Of a stretch of DNA of 60,777 nucleotides, positions 20,286 to 33,154 are shown in pieces; position 1 is the stretch's first letter; each line of letters starts with the position of its first letter. The notes under the pieces are model-generated. The model had not been told where the DNA came from. It ran no database searches and saw nothing but the letters and a program-made list of their open reading frames with translations. The translations under genes were made by a program, and so were the position numbers. Source of the DNA: Campylobacter sp. GTDB taxonomy: Bacteria > Campylobacterota > Campylobacteria > Campylobacterales > Campylobacteraceae. The stretch spans positions 1 to 60,777 of the forward strand of contig JAUNLC010000006.1 in NCBI GenBank assembly GCA_030532465.1, written 5' to 3'.

Positions 20286-21716
20286 ATGAAATTCTTAACT
20301 CTTGTTTCTATCTGTGCGGTTTGTGTTTTGGCTGATTCAAATTTGTTTGAGATTTATAAGAACAAAGCCTTCTTTCATCAAAATTTAGATAACCAAAAAA
20401 GCTCTTTTTCCATAGAGGTTCCACATACGATAAATATCCATGATATAGATATCGTCGCAAGCTGTGAAGTAAGAAATTTAACTCTAAATGAAGCTCAGTT
20501 TGTAAAAGATGATGAGTATAACTCTCGCGAAGAGCTATTAAAGCGTATTCAAGGACTTGACACAAGGCTTTCGGCGCTTAACTTAAAGTCAAATTTTTTA
20601 TCTAAATTTGCCCCAAGCGACAAGATAACGGCGGAGAGCTTAAAAAGCGAGGGCGATAAGCTTTACGAGGTTGTTTTTAAAAATTTAGATGAAATTTCAG
20701 CAACCAAAAAAGAGCTTGAAGAGCTAAACTCACAGCTTAATAAATTTAAAGTTAAACAGGTTAAAAAGCTTGATCTAAGCTTTGAGTGCGAGCCTAAATT
20801 TGTAAAAATTTCATATCCGATAGGCGTAAAGTTAAATTTGCAAAATGAAATTTTAGCCGATACCGCAAAGTTGCGAGTAGATATCATCCAAGGTCTAAGC
20901 TTAAGCAGTCCGTTTGCAAAAGATATCAAAAATCTTGACATCGCGCTTTATCCTTTTGGCTACTCGTCAAATTTGATCCCGCCGCGTTTTTATCCTTGGT
21001 ATGAGGGTAAGTCTGAGCCGATTCCCGTAAATAGCATGGCTGCTGAGCCGATGATGGAGGTGGCTGATGTTTCAAGCGTGAAGATGAGAAGCGCAAAGAT
21101 GGTTGCAAGTGAAGTAAGCGCGCAAAACGTGCAAAATACCTTGTCAAACGCTTGGAAAATTTCAAACGTAACCTTAAAGGCAAACGAGGAAAATAAATTT
21201 ACCTACGACAAGCAAAGCGCGAACGCTAAATTTGAAGTAGTTATAGACGGATACAGCGGCTCAAACGCTTATATCAAAGCGATTTTTACGCCTGAAAAAA
21301 GCATGGAGTATGCAAACACGATTATGAAGATAGACGGTATAAATGTCGGCAAAAGCTCAAGCTTTAGCCTAAAACCGAATGAGGAAAATTTCGTATATTT
21401 TGGTAAAAACGACCTAATAAGCGTGAAAAAAGAGAAGCTTGTAAATTTCACTAAAGAGAGCTTTTTTGGCAATAAAAGCAAAATTTCAACAGGCTTTAGC
21501 TACGAGATCAAAAACGGCTCAAATAAGGCTTGGAGTATGACGCTCATAGAAAGAGTGCCCGTTTCAACGCACGAAAGCGTGAGTGTGGCGATGAAAAACA
21601 CGCCAAAAGAGAGTGAAGTTAGCAAAGAAGGCGAGGTGAGCTGGAAATTTGAGCTAAAGCCAAACGAGAGTAAAAAAGTGGAGTTTACTTACGAGCTTAC
21701 TAGGCCGAATAATTAA
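20286..21716 (+). CDS. secreted DUF4139/DUF4140 (MuiA-like) protein
   Basis: Signal peptide, central coiled coil, C-terminal YEIKN...LIERVPVS...WKFELKPNESKKVEFTY. Confidence 0.75.
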   Translation: MKFLTLVSICAVCVLADSNLFEIYKNKAFFHQNLDNQKSSFSIEVPHTINIHDIDIVASCEVRNLTLNEAQFVKDDEYNSREELLKRIQGLDTRLSALNLKSNFLSKFAPSDKITAESLKSEGDKLYEVVFKNLDEISATKKELEELNSQLNKFKVKQVKKLDLSFECEPKFVKISYPIGVKLNLQNEILADTAKLRVDIIQGLSLSSPFAKDIKNLDIALYPFGYSSNLIPPRFYPWYEGKSEPIPVNSMAAEPMMEVADVSSVKMRSAKMVASEVSAQNVQNTLSNAWKISNVTLKANEENKFTYDKQSANAKFEVVIDGYSGSNAYIKAIFTPEKSMEYANTIMKIDGINVGKSSSFSLKPNEENFVYFGKNDLISVKKEKLVNFTKESFFGNKSKISTGFSYEIKNGSNKAWSMTLIERVPVSTHESVSVAMKNTPKESEVSKEGEVSWKFELKPNESKKVEFTYELTRPNN

Positions 21717-21808
21717 TAAAATTTGCATTTTTATAATTATTAATTAAAGCAAATAAGGATAAAATTAACGTCGTTAAGCAAATTTAAACCACGATGAAAA
21801 GGCGATTT

Positions 21809-23647
21809 ATGGCGAAAAAATTCATAGATGTGATGGATACCACCTTTAGGGACGGATTTCAGTCGGTATTTGGCGCAAGAGTGCTTATGGATGACTTTTT
21901 GCCTGCGGTTAGCGCAGCAAAAGATGCCGGTATCACACATTTTGAATTTGGCGGTGGAGCGCGCTTTCAAAGCCTATATTTTTATCTGAACGAAGATGCT
22001 TTTGCTATGATGGACAAATTTAGAGAAGTCGTAGGACCTCAGGCAAATTTGCAAACCTTAAGCAGGGGCGTTAATACCGTAACTCTTGATACGGGCAGCC
22101 GCGAGCTGGTCGATCTTCACGCTAAACTTTTTAAAAAGCACGGCACGACTACGATTAGAAATTTTGACGCGCTAAACGATGTGGAAAATTTAAAATACTC
22201 GGGCGAAAGGATAGCTCATCACGGACTTAAGCACGAAGTTGTGGTAACTATGATGGATCTGCCTCCCGGATGCGTGGGCGCTCACGATGTGGCGTTTTAC
22301 GAGCGAATTTTAAGGGAAATTTTAGACGCAGGCATTCCTTATCATAGCGTTTGTTTTAAGGATGCAAGCGGCACAAGTAGCCCGCAAAAAGTATATGAAA
22401 CTATCAAAATGGCTCGCAAGCTACTTCCGGAAAAAACTCACATCAGACTTCATACTCACGAAACCGCAGGCGTTAGCGTGGCTTGTTATCTAGCCGCACT
22501 TGAAGCGGGAGCCGATGGTGTAGACTTAGCCGCAAGTCCCGTAAGCGGCGGCACAAGCCAGCCTGATATCTTAACCATGCTGCACGCCGTTAAGGGCAAA
22601 AACTACGATCTTGGCGGACTTGACGTCGAACGAGTGTTAAAGTATGAAAGAGTGCTAAAAGAGTGCCTCAAAGACTACTTCATACCGCCTGAAGCTACGG
22701 AAGTAAGCCCGCTCATACCGTTTTCTCCAATGCCCGGCGGTGCGCTTACCGCAAATACTCAAATGATGAGAGATAATAATATCTTAGATAAATTTCCCGA
22801 CGTGATCGACGCTATGCGCGAAGTCGTAGAAAAGGGCGGATACGGCACATCGGTAACTCCCGTAAGTCAGTTTTATTTCCAACAAGCGTTTAATAACGTG
22901 CTCTTTGGCAAATGGAAAAAAATCGCCGATGGATACGGCAAGATGGTGCTTGGATACTTCGGCAAGACCCCGTCAAAGCCCGATAAGGAAGTTGTAAAAC
23001 TTGCAAGCGAGCAATTAGGGCTTAAGCCTACCAAAGAAAACGCCATAGATATAGCCGATCGCGACGAGAGCAAATCGATAAAATTTACAAAAGAGCTACT
23101 TGAAAAAGAGGGTATTAAGACAAGCGAGGAAAATATATTTATCGCGGCTGCTTGCAAAGAAAAGGGAATAGCCTTTTTAAAGAGCGAGGGCAAAGTAAAT
23201 GTGCGTAAAATTTCTCAAACCGAGCAAAAAGAGCAAATTTGCGCCGTTAAAAAGAGTCAAGAGCCTATCAACGAGAAGTATAACGTAGTAGTAAACGGCA
23301 AGAAATTTGAGGTTGAAATTTCTGATAGCGCAAGCTCGGCGGTTGAGGTTAAGAGCGTAAAACCTGCGGGCGATGCTATGCTGTTACCGCCTGAAATTTC
23401 TCCTGCGGGAAGAAAATCTACAAACGAAAACGGAAGCGGCGAAGCGGTGCTAAGCACTTTGCCCGGAAATGTCTTTAAAATTTTGGTTCAAATCGGCGAA
23501 AAAGTAACAAAAGGTCAAAAGATGTTTATCCTAGAGGCCATGAAGATGGAGATAGAGGTGGTCGCTCCAAAAGATGGCGTTGTAAATTCAATCGAAGTGG
23601 AGGTTGGACAAACGATAAAGAACGGGCAAATTTTGGCAAGGATTTAG
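21809..23647 (+). CDS. pycB: pyruvate carboxylase subunit B / oxaloacetate decarboxylase alpha (carboxyltransferase plus biotin carrier)
   Basis: DTTFRDGFQS, GGGARF, LHTHET, MPGG, VTPVSQ; biotinylation site EAMKME. Confidence 0.9.
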   Translation: MAKKFIDVMDTTFRDGFQSVFGARVLMDDFLPAVSAAKDAGITHFEFGGGARFQSLYFYLNEDAFAMMDKFREVVGPQANLQTLSRGVNTVTLDTGSRELVDLHAKLFKKHGTTTIRNFDALNDVENLKYSGERIAHHGLKHEVVVTMMDLPPGCVGAHDVAFYERILREILDAGIPYHSVCFKDASGTSSPQKVYETIKMARKLLPEKTHIRLHTHETAGVSVACYLAALEAGADGVDLAASPVSGGTSQPDILTMLHAVKGKNYDLGGLDVERVLKYERVLKECLKDYFIPPEATEVSPLIPFSPMPGGALTANTQMMRDNNILDKFPDVIDAMREVVEKGGYGTSVTPVSQFYFQQAFNNVLFGKWKKIADGYGKMVLGYFGKTPSKPDKEVVKLASEQLGLKPTKENAIDIADRDESKSIKFTKELLEKEGIKTSEENIFIAAACKEKGIAFLKSEGKVNVRKISQTEQKEQICAVKKSQEPINEKYNVVVNGKKFEVEISDSASSAVEVKSVKPAGDAMLLPPEISPAGRKSTNENGSGEAVLSTLPGNVFKILVQIGEKVTKGQKMFILEAMKMEIEVVAPKDGVVNSIEVEVGQTIKNGQILARI

Positions 23648-23716
23648 GTGGTTTTGGCTGATATTTTGCTAGAAATTTGAGCTAAAATCAACGATAAAAT
23701 TTAAAAAGGAAAAACA

Positions 23717-25294
23717 ATGGTAAATGAGATTGAAAAACTGGGCTTGAAAGATGTAAAAAACGTCTATCACAACTTAAGCTATGACGAGCTTTTCGAGCAT
23801 GAAAAGAAAAATAACGAGGGTAGGGTAAGCAGCAACGGAACCTTTATGGTCGATACGGGAATTTTTACCGGAAGAAGCCCTAAGGATAAGTACTTCGTAA
23901 AGCAAGATCCAAGCCAAAAATACATCGCATGGGGCAAGGTAAATAAGCCAATATCAAAAGAGCTTTTTGACAAGCTTTTAAAAAAGGCTAAAGAGCAGTT
24001 AAGCGGCAAAGATATCTATGTGCAAGACGCGTTTTGCGGCTCAAGCCAAAAAAGCAAAAAGGCTGTTAGATTTGTAACCGAAGTTGCTTGGCAAGCGCAT
24101 TTCGTAAAAAATATGTTTATAAGACCAAACGAGGGTGAGCTAGCTAAATTTAGCCCCGATTTTGTAGTTTATAACGCTTGCAAATGCTCAAATGAAAATT
24201 ATAAAGAAGACGGGCTAAATTCCGAAGTTTTCGTTATCTTTAACGTGGAAGAAAACGTCGCGGTAATCGGCGGAACATGGTATGGCGGAGAGATGAAAAA
24301 GGGAATTTTTTCAATGATGAACTACTGGCTTCCGCTTGAGGGCAAGCTAAGTATGCACTGCTCTGCAAACGTTGGCAAAAAGGGCGATACGGCTTTATTT
24401 TTCGGACTTAGCGGAACAGGCAAAACTACCCTTTCGACAGATCCGCATCGCAAACTAATAGGCGATGACGAGCACGGTTGGGATGATGACGGCGTGTTTA
24501 ACTTTGAAGGCGGCTGCTACGCAAAATGTATAAATCTTGATCCTGAAAGCGAGCCTGAAATTTACGGCGCTATCAAACGCAATGCGCTACTTGAAAACGT
24601 CGTAGCGGACGCAAACGGAACGGTTGATTATAAAGATGGAAGCAAGACTGAAAACACACGCGTAAGCTATCCGATCGAGCATATCCAAAACCACGAGCCA
24701 AGCCTGAGCGCAGGCCATCCCGAAAATATAATCTTCCTAACGGCGGACGCTTTTGGCGTGCTTCCTCCGGTTGCAAAGCTTACAAAAGAGCAGGCGATGT
24801 ATTATTTCTTAAGCGGATATACGGCTAAGGTTGCAGGAACGGAGCGCGGTATAACCGAGCCTGTAGCGACTTTTTCGGCTTGTTTTGGCGAGCCTTTTAT
24901 GCCGCTTCATCCAACTGTTTATGCCAAGCTTTTGGGCGAAAAGATCGATAAGCACAACGTAAACGTATATCTTGTAAATACCGGCTGGAGCGGCGGCGCT
25001 TACGGTGTTGGCAAAAGGATGAGCATAAAAGCCACTCGCGCATGCATAAACGCGATACTTGACGGAAGTATTAGAGAGTGCGAATTTGAAAATTTCGAGA
25101 AATTTAATCTAGCTATTCCAAAGAGCCTAAGCGGAGTTGAAACCAAGCTTTTAAATCCGATAAATACTTGGGAAAACAAAGACGAGTATATCGCGATTAG
25201 AGATAAGCTGGCTAAGATGTTTGAAGAGAATTTTAAAAGATATGAAGACGTGAAAGAGGGCGTTGAATACGCAAAAGCCGGCCCTAAAGCTTAA
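23717..25294 (+). CDS. pckA: phosphoenolpyruvate carboxykinase (ATP)
   Basis: [39 protein letters not shown]. Confidence 0.98.
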   Translation: MVNEIEKLGLKDVKNVYHNLSYDELFEHEKKNNEGRVSSNGTFMVDTGIFTGRSPKDKYFVKQDPSQKYIAWGKVNKPISKELFDKLLKKAKEQLSGKDIYVQDAFCGSSQKSKKAVRFVTEVAWQAHFVKNMFIRPNEGELAKFSPDFVVYNACKCSNENYKEDGLNSEVFVIFNVEENVAVIGGTWYGGEMKKGIFSMMNYWLPLEGKLSMHCSANVGKKGDTALFFGLSGTGKTTLSTDPHRKLIGDDEHGWDDDGVFNFEGGCYAKCINLDPESEPEIYGAIKRNALLENVVADANGTVDYKDGSKTENTRVSYPIEHIQNHEPSLSAGHPENIIFLTADAFGVLPPVAKLTKEQAMYYFLSGYTAKVAGTERGITEPVATFSACFGEPFMPLHPTVYAKLLGEKIDKHNVNVYLVNTGWSGGAYGVGKRMSIKATRACINAILDGSIRECEFENFEKFNLAIPKSLSGVETKLLNPINTWENKDEYIAIRDKLAKMFEENFKRYEDVKEGVEYAKAGPKA

Positions 25295-26630
25295 ATTTGG
25301 GCTGATTGCGGTCGGTTTGCTTCTGCTTGCGGGTTGTGAAAGTAGTTATGATCCTAGCAGGCTTAAAGAGGCAAGTCGGCCCGAATTTTTTTATATAGAC
25401 GAGGGTAGCGCGCTTGGCTACCTTAATGATTATCGCAGAGGCTCAGGTCTTTTCTCTCTTAAGCTAAATGAAAATTTAAGCGTTGCTTCTAAAAATCATG
25501 CCGAGTACAGCCTAGCTCACAAATACATGGGGCATGATGAGAGCTCGGCTCTTGCTAAATTTACGGGCGCAACTCCTGCCGAAAGAGCCAAAGCGGCAGG
25601 ATACGGCTCTATGCATGTGCTTGAAAATATAGCTTACAAGGGCGATTTTGCCGCGTCTATAGATGGGCTTTTTTCGGCGATTTATCATCGGTTTGCCTTT
25701 TTAAATTTTAGTATCAACGAAGCAGGGTTTGCAAATGCAAGCGATGATAAATTTAGCGCCTATGTCTTCTTGATGGGTAATTCTGAGGTTGATAAATTTT
25801 GCAAAAGAGGGGTGAGCGATAACGGCTCGGGGAGGTTTTATACAAATGTTTGCGCAGATAAAAACGTCAAGATCAAAGACAGTAGGCTTGAAGGGTTTTT
25901 AAAATCAAGCAAACAATATGTCAAATTTCCCGATAAGCTCGCCGTAATTCCGTATTTTAGCGGTGAAGTGCCAGATCCATATCCGGAGTGTAAGATCACT
26001 TCAAATCCCGTAAGTATCGAGTTTAACGAAAGTTTAAAAGATATAAAATTCGTTGATTTTGAAATTTACAAAGGTGAAGAAAAACTTAGAAATTTAAAAA
26101 TTTTAGATCAAAAAAGCGATATAAACGGCAAATTTTCGGCTCATCAATTTGCGGCGTTTTCAAAAGAGGTGTTTGAGTTTAATACAAGCTACACGGCAGT
26201 TTTTAGCTATACGCAAGAAAATGAGCCTAAGCAGATAAGGTGGGACTTTAAGACCAGAACTCTTAAATTTCCTTATTTTGACGCAAAAAACGGCGATGTG
26301 CTAAGCGTAAAGCCGGACACGATATATGAAATTTTCTTTCACCCAAAGGATTGTAACGACCTGCTTACAAGCTACTCTTATAACTCCTCCGCGCTTTTAA
26401 ATTCCCAAATAAAACAAAGCGGAACAAATACTATAAGCGTGAAGCTAAGCGGTTTGGAAGGCGATATGCTTACGATAAAAACAAGCGGTGGCGATGAGGT
26501 TAAAGTTAGGCTTAGCGAAAGTTCGCCAAAAGCTAAGAGTGAGCGTCAAGGATATATGATAAAATCCGCTCTCATGGTGCTTGGCGTGATAATCGTATTT
26601 ATAATGATAGGTAGAAATTTAAGGAGGTAG
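25263..26630 (+). CDS. CAP/SCP-domain lipoprotein with C-terminal TM helix
   Basis: Lipobox LLAGC; [10 protein letters not shown]...NHAEY...GHDE...ENIA...SAIYHR; hydrophobic C-terminus followed by RNLRR. Confidence 0.8.
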   Translation: MNTQKPALKLKFGLIAVGLLLLAGCESSYDPSRLKEASRPEFFYIDEGSALGYLNDYRRGSGLFSLKLNENLSVASKNHAEYSLAHKYMGHDESSALAKFTGATPAERAKAAGYGSMHVLENIAYKGDFAASIDGLFSAIYHRFAFLNFSINEAGFANASDDKFSAYVFLMGNSEVDKFCKRGVSDNGSGRFYTNVCADKNVKIKDSRLEGFLKSSKQYVKFPDKLAVIPYFSGEVPDPYPECKITSNPVSIEFNESLKDIKFVDFEIYKGEEKLRNLKILDQKSDINGKFSAHQFAAFSKEVFEFNTSYTAVFSYTQENEPKQIRWDFKTRTLKFPYFDAKNGDVLSVKPDTIYEIFFHPKDCNDLLTSYSYNSSALLNSQIKQSGTNTISVKLSGLEGDMLTIKTSGGDEVKVRLSESSPKAKSERQGYMIKSALMVLGVIIVFIMIGRNLRR

Positions 26631-26633
26631 GCT

Positions 26634-28022
26634 ATGAAAAAGATGTGGTCTGGAAGATTTAGCGAGGCTAGCTCAAGGCTGCTTGAGGAATTTAACGCCT
26701 CTATCGGCTTTGATAAGAACTTGTATCGCGAAGATATCGCGGGCAGCAAAGCTCATGCCAAGATGCTTGGAGCTTGCGGGATTTTAAAGCCTGATGAAGC
26801 AGAGGCTATCATCAAAGGGCTTGATATAGTTCTAGGCGAGATAGAACATGATAAATTTGAGTTTAAGATCGAAGATGAAGATATCCATATGAGCGTGGAA
26901 AAGCGTCTAAGCGAGATCATCGGAAGCGAGCTTGGCGGCAAGCTGCATACGGCGCGCAGTAGAAACGATCAGGTCGCGCTTGACTTTCGCCTTTATGTGC
27001 AGCGCAGTTCGCTTGAAATCATGAATGAAATTTACTCTCTCATCTCTACTTTAAACTCTCTTGCAAGCAAGCATCTTGATACGCTAATGCCCGGTTTTAC
27101 GCACCTTCAGCACGCTCAGCCTATAAGTCTTGCTTATCATCTGCTTGCGTATGCCTTTATGTTTAAGCGTGATTATGAGCGATTTGCAAGCTCGCATGAG
27201 AGAAACAACCTCTGTCCGCTTGGCTCAGCCGCACTTGCAGGCACGCCTCACCCTATAGATAGGGAGCTTGTGGCAAGCGAGCTTAAATTTAGCGGTGTTA
27301 CGCAAAATGCGATGGATAGCGTTAGCGACCGCGACTTCGCGCTTGAAATTTTATTTAATATAAGCGTGCTTATGACGCATGCTTCAAGGCTTTGCGAGGA
27401 GTTGATACTTTGGAGTTCGCAAGAATTTGGTTTTGTAACGATTAGCGACAGATATTCCACGGGGAGCTCTATCATGCCTCAGAAGAAAAATCCCGATGTG
27501 GCCGAACTTATCCGCGCAAAGACGGGGCGAGCAAACGGCAATCTAATCGCGCTTTTAACCGTGATGAAAGGTCTACCACTAGCTTACAACAAAGACATGC
27601 AAGAGGATAAAGAGGGCGTATTTGACAGCGTTCATACCGCGCTTACTTCGGTGCATATCCTAAATGAGATGATAAAAGAGGCGAAATTTAACGAAAAAAA
27701 TATGCTCGAAGCGACTAAAAAAGGACATTTGAGCGCAACCGATCTGGCGGATTTTTTAGTGCGCGAAAAAAACGTGCCGTTTAGAACCGCTCACTTTATC
27801 ACAGGCAAAGCGGTTGCAAAGGCTGAAAATTTAGGCGTTGATCTAAGCGAGCTTAGCGCTAAGCAACTAAAAGAAGTGGATGAAAATTTGGACGAAAATG
27901 CGGTTAAATTTCTAAATTTACACGCTTCAAAAGAGGCTAGAACTTCGCTTGGCGGAACGTCAAATTTAAGCGTGCAAAAGCAGATAAATTCGCTTAATGA
28001 GTGGCTTAAAGATTTAAGATAG
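26634..28022 (+). CDS. argH: argininosuccinate lyase
   Basis: [34 protein letters not shown]. Confidence 0.98.
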   Translation: MKKMWSGRFSEASSRLLEEFNASIGFDKNLYREDIAGSKAHAKMLGACGILKPDEAEAIIKGLDIVLGEIEHDKFEFKIEDEDIHMSVEKRLSEIIGSELGGKLHTARSRNDQVALDFRLYVQRSSLEIMNEIYSLISTLNSLASKHLDTLMPGFTHLQHAQPISLAYHLLAYAFMFKRDYERFASSHERNNLCPLGSAALAGTPHPIDRELVASELKFSGVTQNAMDSVSDRDFALEILFNISVLMTHASRLCEELILWSSQEFGFVTISDRYSTGSSIMPQKKNPDVAELIRAKTGRANGNLIALLTVMKGLPLAYNKDMQEDKEGVFDSVHTALTSVHILNEMIKEAKFNEKNMLEATKKGHLSATDLADFLVREKNVPFRTAHFITGKAVAKAENLGVDLSELSAKQLKEVDENLDENAVKFLNLHASKEARTSLGGTSNLSVQKQINSLNEWLKDLR

Positions 28023-28036
28023 AGTTAAAACAGATA

Positions 28037-28063
28037 GGGCGAGCATGATAGCGTGGCTCGCCT
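28037..28063. terminator. hairpin between convergent argH and HIT
   Basis: gggcgagc...gctcgcct stem. Confidence 0.55.
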
Positions 28064-28073
28064 TTAGCTTAAA

Positions 28074-28427
28074 TTAAAAAGTTGATTGCGGATCTATCGC
28101 GGCGTCAGTCCAGTTAAGTTTAGCTCCGCCAAGCATATGAAAATGCAGGTGCATAACTTCTTGACCGCCGTTTTCGCCATTGTTTGTGATGAGGCGGTAA
28201 CCGCTCTTGTCAAGCCCCATCAAAGTTGCAACCTCTTGGATAAATTTCGTCATCTCGCCCATGAGCGCAGCGTCCATCTCCTGGAAATTTTTAAAGTGTT
28301 TTTTAGGGATTATAAGGATATGAATCGGCGCCTTTGGATTTATATCGTTAAATGCTAAAAATTTCTCGCTTTCCAGCACTTTATTGCAAGGAATTTCGCC
28401 TGCTACGATCTTTTCAAAAATTGTCAT
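28074..28427 (-). CDS. histidine triad (HINT-family) nucleotide-binding protein
   Basis: IFEKIVAGEIP, DINPKAPIH, GQEVMHLHFH. Confidence 0.95.
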   Translation of the reverse strand: MTIFEKIVAGEIPCNKVLESEKFLAFNDINPKAPIHILIIPKKHFKNFQEMDAALMGEMTKFIQEVATLMGLDKSGYRLITNNGENGGQEVMHLHFHMLGGAKLNWTDAAIDPQSTF

Positions 28428-28560
28428 CTCTTTCTCCTATTTAAAATTGCGTAAATTATAACAAGTCAAAGCTAAAATTTGACGTTATATAAAACCTTTT
28501 ATGCAGATTTTATCAAATTTTAACTACAATGAAAGGAAAATTTAATACCGAGGTAAGAAA

Positions 28561-29553
28561 TTGCAAGAGTATAAAGATAGCATAAGCAGGTGTGAAAATT
28601 TGGCTGAGCTTGATAAAATTCGTGTTGATTTGCTAGGTAAAAAGGGGCTTATCACTGCCGAATTCGCCAAGCTTAAGGATATGAACGAGAGCGAGAAAAA
28701 GGCATTTGCGGCAAATCTCAATAAGCTAAGAGATGAGTTTGAAAGCCTGATATCGGCAAAGAAAACCGAGCTTGAAAGCGGCGAGATAAAAGCCAAGATG
28801 AAAGCAAGCGCGATAGATGTTACGCTCTTTAACGAGCCAAGTAACACGGGTGCGCTTCATCCGGTTATGGCTACGATGGACCGCATTATAGAGTATTTTA
28901 TGATGCAAAATTTCTCGCTTGAAAAAGGACCTCTTATAGAGGACGACTTCCACAACTTTGAAGCGCTAAATTTGCCTAAATATCACCCTGCGCGCGATAT
29001 GCAAGATACGTTTTATTTTAAGGATTTTAAGCTACTTCGCACGCACACAAGCCCCGTTCAGGTTAGAACTATGATGAGTACCAAACCTCCTATCCGTATG
29101 ATAGCTCCGGGCGCCGTGTTTCGCCGCGATATGGACCTTACGCATACTCCGATGTTTCATCAGATCGAAGGGCTCGTGGTTGAAGATGAAGGTGTAGTTA
29201 GCTTTGCAAATTTAAAGAGCATTTTAGAAAATTTCTTAAGATATATGTTCGGCGATGTTAAAGTGCGTTTTCGACCAAGCTTTTTTCCGTTTACGGAGCC
29301 CTCGGCCGAAGTTGATATAAGTTGCATCTTTTGCAAGGGCGAGGGATGCAGGGTTTGTAAGCAAACGGGCTGGCTTGAGGTGCTTGGATGCGGCGTGGTT
29401 GATTCAAACGTATTTAAGGCGGTTGGATATAAAAACGTAAGCGGATACGCCTTTGGTCTTGGTGTTGAGAGATTTGCTATGTTGCTTCATCAAATTCCTG
29501 ATTTGCGCTCGCTTTTTGAGGGAGATTTAAGATTATTGGAGCAGTTTAAATGA
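28561..29553 (+). CDS. pheS: phenylalanine--tRNA ligase alpha subunit
   Basis: [34 protein letters not shown]. Confidence 0.98.
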   Translation: MQEYKDSISRCENLAELDKIRVDLLGKKGLITAEFAKLKDMNESEKKAFAANLNKLRDEFESLISAKKTELESGEIKAKMKASAIDVTLFNEPSNTGALHPVMATMDRIIEYFMMQNFSLEKGPLIEDDFHNFEALNLPKYHPARDMQDTFYFKDFKLLRTHTSPVQVRTMMSTKPPIRMIAPGAVFRRDMDLTHTPMFHQIEGLVVEDEGVVSFANLKSILENFLRYMFGDVKVRFRPSFFPFTEPSAEVDISCIFCKGEGCRVCKQTGWLEVLGCGVVDSNVFKAVGYKNVSGYAFGLGVERFAMLLHQIPDLRSLFEGDLRLLEQFK

Positions 29554-31883
29554 TAATTTCAAGAAATTGGCTAAACGAATGGGTAGATATATCAAATATT
29601 GATAATGAAAAGCTTTTAAAAACGTTCAACTCCATAGGCCTTGAGGTTGATAGCTTTAATGAGATAAGAATTCCCGATAAAATCGTAGTCGGATATGTAA
29701 AAAGCAAGGCAAAACACGAAAATGCCGAAAAACTTAGCGTGTGCCAAGTTGATGTAGGTAATGAAACTCTTCAGATAGTTTGCGGCGCTAAAAACGTAGA
29801 GGCGGGGCAGTTTGTGCCTGTTGCTTTAGTTGGAGCCGTTATGCCAAACGGACTTGAGATAAAGCGTGCGAAACTTCGCGGAGTCGAATCTTGCGGCATG
29901 ATCTGCTCTTCAAGCGAGCTTGGACTTGTGAAGGTAAACGAGGGCATTATGCCTCTTGATGAGAGTATCGGCGAACTAAGGCTTGGGCAAGCTTTGAGCG
30001 AGTATCCTCTGCTAAATGACGCGATTATAGAGATAGAGCTAACTCCAAACAGGGGCGATTGTCTAAGCGTTTACGGTTTGGCAAGAGATATTTCCGCCGC
30101 TCTTGATCTACCTATAAAGGATGCGAGCAGATATGACGAGGCTGAAAATTTACTTGGGATCGGACGAATTTTAGCCCTTCATACCGAAGAGAATTTAAAA
30201 AGTAGCTTTCAATACAGAGTTTTTGAGCTTAAAGAGAAGATAAATGAAAATTTGCTGATGAAAATTAGACTTGCTTTGATAGAGTGCAGCAAAGAGCACT
30301 GTGTCGAAAGGTTGCTTGAATACGCCACTCACTCAACCGGAGTACTTTTTAATGCTTATGATTACGATAAGCTTAAAAAGGATGAGGATCGCGTGGTATT
30401 TGATCTTGAAAAGGGCAAATTTTTAGCCAGTAAAATTTCTGTTGAAGGGCAGGATTTGGGCGTTGCGGGTATATACAAGACCAAAAACGCGATGCTTGAT
30501 GAAAATAGCAAAAGGATAATCATAGAGGCGAACTATACCCTGCCTGAGGTGATAGCTACGACTATATTTGAGGATAAGCAAATCACCAAGTCGGCAGATG
30601 CTTATCGCTCGCTTAGAGGATCTGAACCAAATGTCGATTTTGGAGCAGATTATCTGTTTAAGCTGCTTTCAAATTTTAAAAGTGTAGCGCTTTATGCGGG
30701 CTCTCAGCAAAGTATCTTAACAAAAGAGCCTATGTTTGTAAGCTTTACCATGAACGAGATGAACAAAATGATCGGTCAAGAGACTGCTAGAAACGAGGTG
30801 GTAAAGATACTTAAAAAGCTTGGATTTGAGGTAAATTTAAATGCCGAAAAAGAGAGCGTAAATGTAAAAGTTCCGACTTTCCGCCACGATATCTTAAATT
30901 TGCAAGATGTTTGCGAAGAGATAGTTAGGATGATAGGTATCGATAATATCGCCTCCAAGCCGCTTAAATTTAGCGAGCGAAGCCGCATAAACGATACATA
31001 TAAAGACTACAAACACGCTCTTAAACTTAGACGAAAGGCGGCTAGCATAGGATTTTTCGAGTCGGTTCACTATGTTTTTGACGATATGAGCGAGCTTAAC
31101 GAACTTGGATTTAAGCCGTGTAAAGCAGAGCTTGCAAATCCTATCACGAGCGAGCTTAATACTCTTCGTCCAACTCTTATAAACCACCTTTTAAAATCTG
31201 CCGAGCGCAACATCAAAAACTCTAAAAAATCGGTCAAAATTTTTGAATTCGGTAGCGTGTTTAGCGAGAATGGAAATCAAAGCGAAAGATTTGGATTTGT
31301 CGCAAGCGGACTTGTTAAAGAGCCAACCTTGCTAAATTCGGCAAAACCTGCCGAGATAGACCTCTTAAGCTTTGCCTTGGCGATTAAAAATACAATAGGC
31401 GAATTTGAGTTAAAACCAAGTAGCGAGATAGGATATTTAAGCGAATTCGAGCAGGCTAAAATTTATCAAAACGGCGTTTGTGTGGGCTACATAGGAAGGG
31501 TTGATATGGTTGTTGAAAATAGACGCGACCTTCCTAAAACTTATCTTTGCGAGGTTGAGTTTGATAAGTTGAAATTCGAAAAGATAACGGCAAAACCATA
31601 CTCGAAATTCCCTGCTATCAGCAGAGATTTAAGCCTTGTGGTGCCTGAAGAGATGCGATTTGAAAAGATAAAAGAGTGCATAAAAGCCCTTGATATCAAG
31701 TGTCTAAAGGAGTTTTTGCCGGTTGATATATATAGGGATAAAAATTTAGGCTCGAGTGCCAGTATTACGGTGAAATTTACCTTCCAAGACGATCAAAAAA
31801 CCCTTGAAGACGAGGATATCGCAGTTGTGATGGATAAAATTTTGAGCGCTTTAAAAACAAATTTAGGTATCACGATAAGATGA
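29550..31883 (+). CDS. pheT: phenylalanine--tRNA ligase beta subunit
   Basis: [35 protein letters not shown] domain [11 protein letters not shown]. Confidence 0.97.
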   Translation: MIISRNWLNEWVDISNIDNEKLLKTFNSIGLEVDSFNEIRIPDKIVVGYVKSKAKHENAEKLSVCQVDVGNETLQIVCGAKNVEAGQFVPVALVGAVMPNGLEIKRAKLRGVESCGMICSSSELGLVKVNEGIMPLDESIGELRLGQALSEYPLLNDAIIEIELTPNRGDCLSVYGLARDISAALDLPIKDASRYDEAENLLGIGRILALHTEENLKSSFQYRVFELKEKINENLLMKIRLALIECSKEHCVERLLEYATHSTGVLFNAYDYDKLKKDEDRVVFDLEKGKFLASKISVEGQDLGVAGIYKTKNAMLDENSKRIIIEANYTLPEVIATTIFEDKQITKSADAYRSLRGSEPNVDFGADYLFKLLSNFKSVALYAGSQQSILTKEPMFVSFTMNEMNKMIGQETARNEVVKILKKLGFEVNLNAEKESVNVKVPTFRHDILNLQDVCEEIVRMIGIDNIASKPLKFSERSRINDTYKDYKHALKLRRKAASIGFFESVHYVFDDMSELNELGFKPCKAELANPITSELNTLRPTLINHLLKSAERNIKNSKKSVKIFEFGSVFSENGNQSERFGFVASGLVKEPTLLNSAKPAEIDLLSFALAIKNTIGEFELKPSSEIGYLSEFEQAKIYQNGVCVGYIGRVDMVVENRRDLPKTYLCEVEFDKLKFEKITAKPYSKFPAISRDLSLVVPEEMRFEKIKECIKALDIKCLKEFLPVDIYRDKNLGSSASITVKFTFQDDQKTLEDEDIAVVMDKILSALKTNLGITIR

Positions 31884-33154
31884 AAATTTTTGCTTTAAGG
31901 GATAAAATCAGTGCAAATTTAGAAGTTATCGCTCCTGACAAGTCGATATCTCACAGGTGTGCGATCTTTTCGCTACTTTCTAATAAACCTTCACGTATAA
32001 AAAACTATTTAAAGGCCGAAGACACCTTAAACACCTTAAATATAGTCAAGCTTTTGGGCGCTGAAATTTCAGAAGAAGACGGAGAGCTTATCATAACTCC
32101 GCCTTTAAATTTAAAAGAGCCGGAAGTTGTGCTTGAATGTGGAAATTCAGGCACCGCCATGAGGCTACTTATGGGATTTTTAGCTGCAAGCGAAGGGTTT
32201 TTCGTATTAAGCGGAGATGAATATTTAAACCGCCGTCCTATGGCAAGGGTTGCTAAGCCTTTAATTAGCGTTGGAGCCAAGATAGACGGCGCAAATAACG
32301 GCGATAGAGCTCCGCTTGCGATTAGAGGAGGCAAGCTTGAGTATTTTAAATTTCACGGCAAGATCGCTTCGGCTCAGGTTAAGTCCGCTCTTTTGTTAGC
32401 AGGGCTTAAATCAAACGGTTGCGTTATAGACGAGCCTGAACTTAGCCGAGACCATACCGAGAGGATGCTAAAAGGCATGGGCGCGAAAATAACCGCAAAC
32501 GGCACCGAAGTAGAGATAAAGCCTATGAGTTCGCCTCTTAAGCCGCTTGAAATTTTTGTGCCAAACGATCCTAGTTCGGCATTTTTCTTTGCGGTTGCAG
32601 CCGCTATCATTCCAAATTCGCATTTGGTATTAAAAAATATGCTTTTAAATAAGACCAGAATCGAGGCTTATAGGATTCTTGAAAAGATGGGGGCCGATAT
32701 CAAATTTAAAGAGACGAGCAATGAGTATGAGAGTATCGGTGAGATCGAGATAAAGTATGCTCCGCTAAAAGCTGTAGAGGTTAGTGAAAATATCTCTTGG
32801 CTGATTGATGAAATTCCCGCTCTTGCCATAGCTTTTGCTAATGCGGACGGCATAAGCAGCGTTAAAAATGCAAAAGAGCTACGCGTAAAAGAGAGCGATA
32901 GGATATCGGTCATGGTCGAAGGACTTAGAAAGTGCGGTCTTGAAGTTGATGAGTTTGAGGATGGATTTAGCGTTAAAGGCGGAGAGACGAATAGCGCTAT
33001 AATAGATAGCCACGGAGATCACCGTATAGCTATGAGCTTTGCTATTTTAGGTTTAAAATGCGGAATGGTGATAGAAAAGAGCGAGTTTATATCAACTTCT
33101 TTTCCTAAATTTAGCTCTATCTTAAAAGAGCTTGGAGTAAGCATTGAAGATTGA
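31880..33154 (+). CDS. aroA: 3-phosphoshikimate 1-carboxyvinyltransferase
   Basis: DKSISHR, GNSGTAMR, SAQVKS, RDHTE, ELRVKESDR, DHRIAM. Confidence 0.98.
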   Translation: MKIFALRDKISANLEVIAPDKSISHRCAIFSLLSNKPSRIKNYLKAEDTLNTLNIVKLLGAEISEEDGELIITPPLNLKEPEVVLECGNSGTAMRLLMGFLAASEGFFVLSGDEYLNRRPMARVAKPLISVGAKIDGANNGDRAPLAIRGGKLEYFKFHGKIASAQVKSALLLAGLKSNGCVIDEPELSRDHTERMLKGMGAKITANGTEVEIKPMSSPLKPLEIFVPNDPSSAFFFAVAAAIIPNSHLVLKNMLLNKTRIEAYRILEKMGADIKFKETSNEYESIGEIEIKYAPLKAVEVSENISWLIDEIPALAIAFANADGISSVKNAKELRVKESDRISVMVEGLRKCGLEVDEFEDGFSVKGGETNSAIIDSHGDHRIAMSFAILGLKCGMVIEKSEFISTSFPKFSSILKELGVSIED

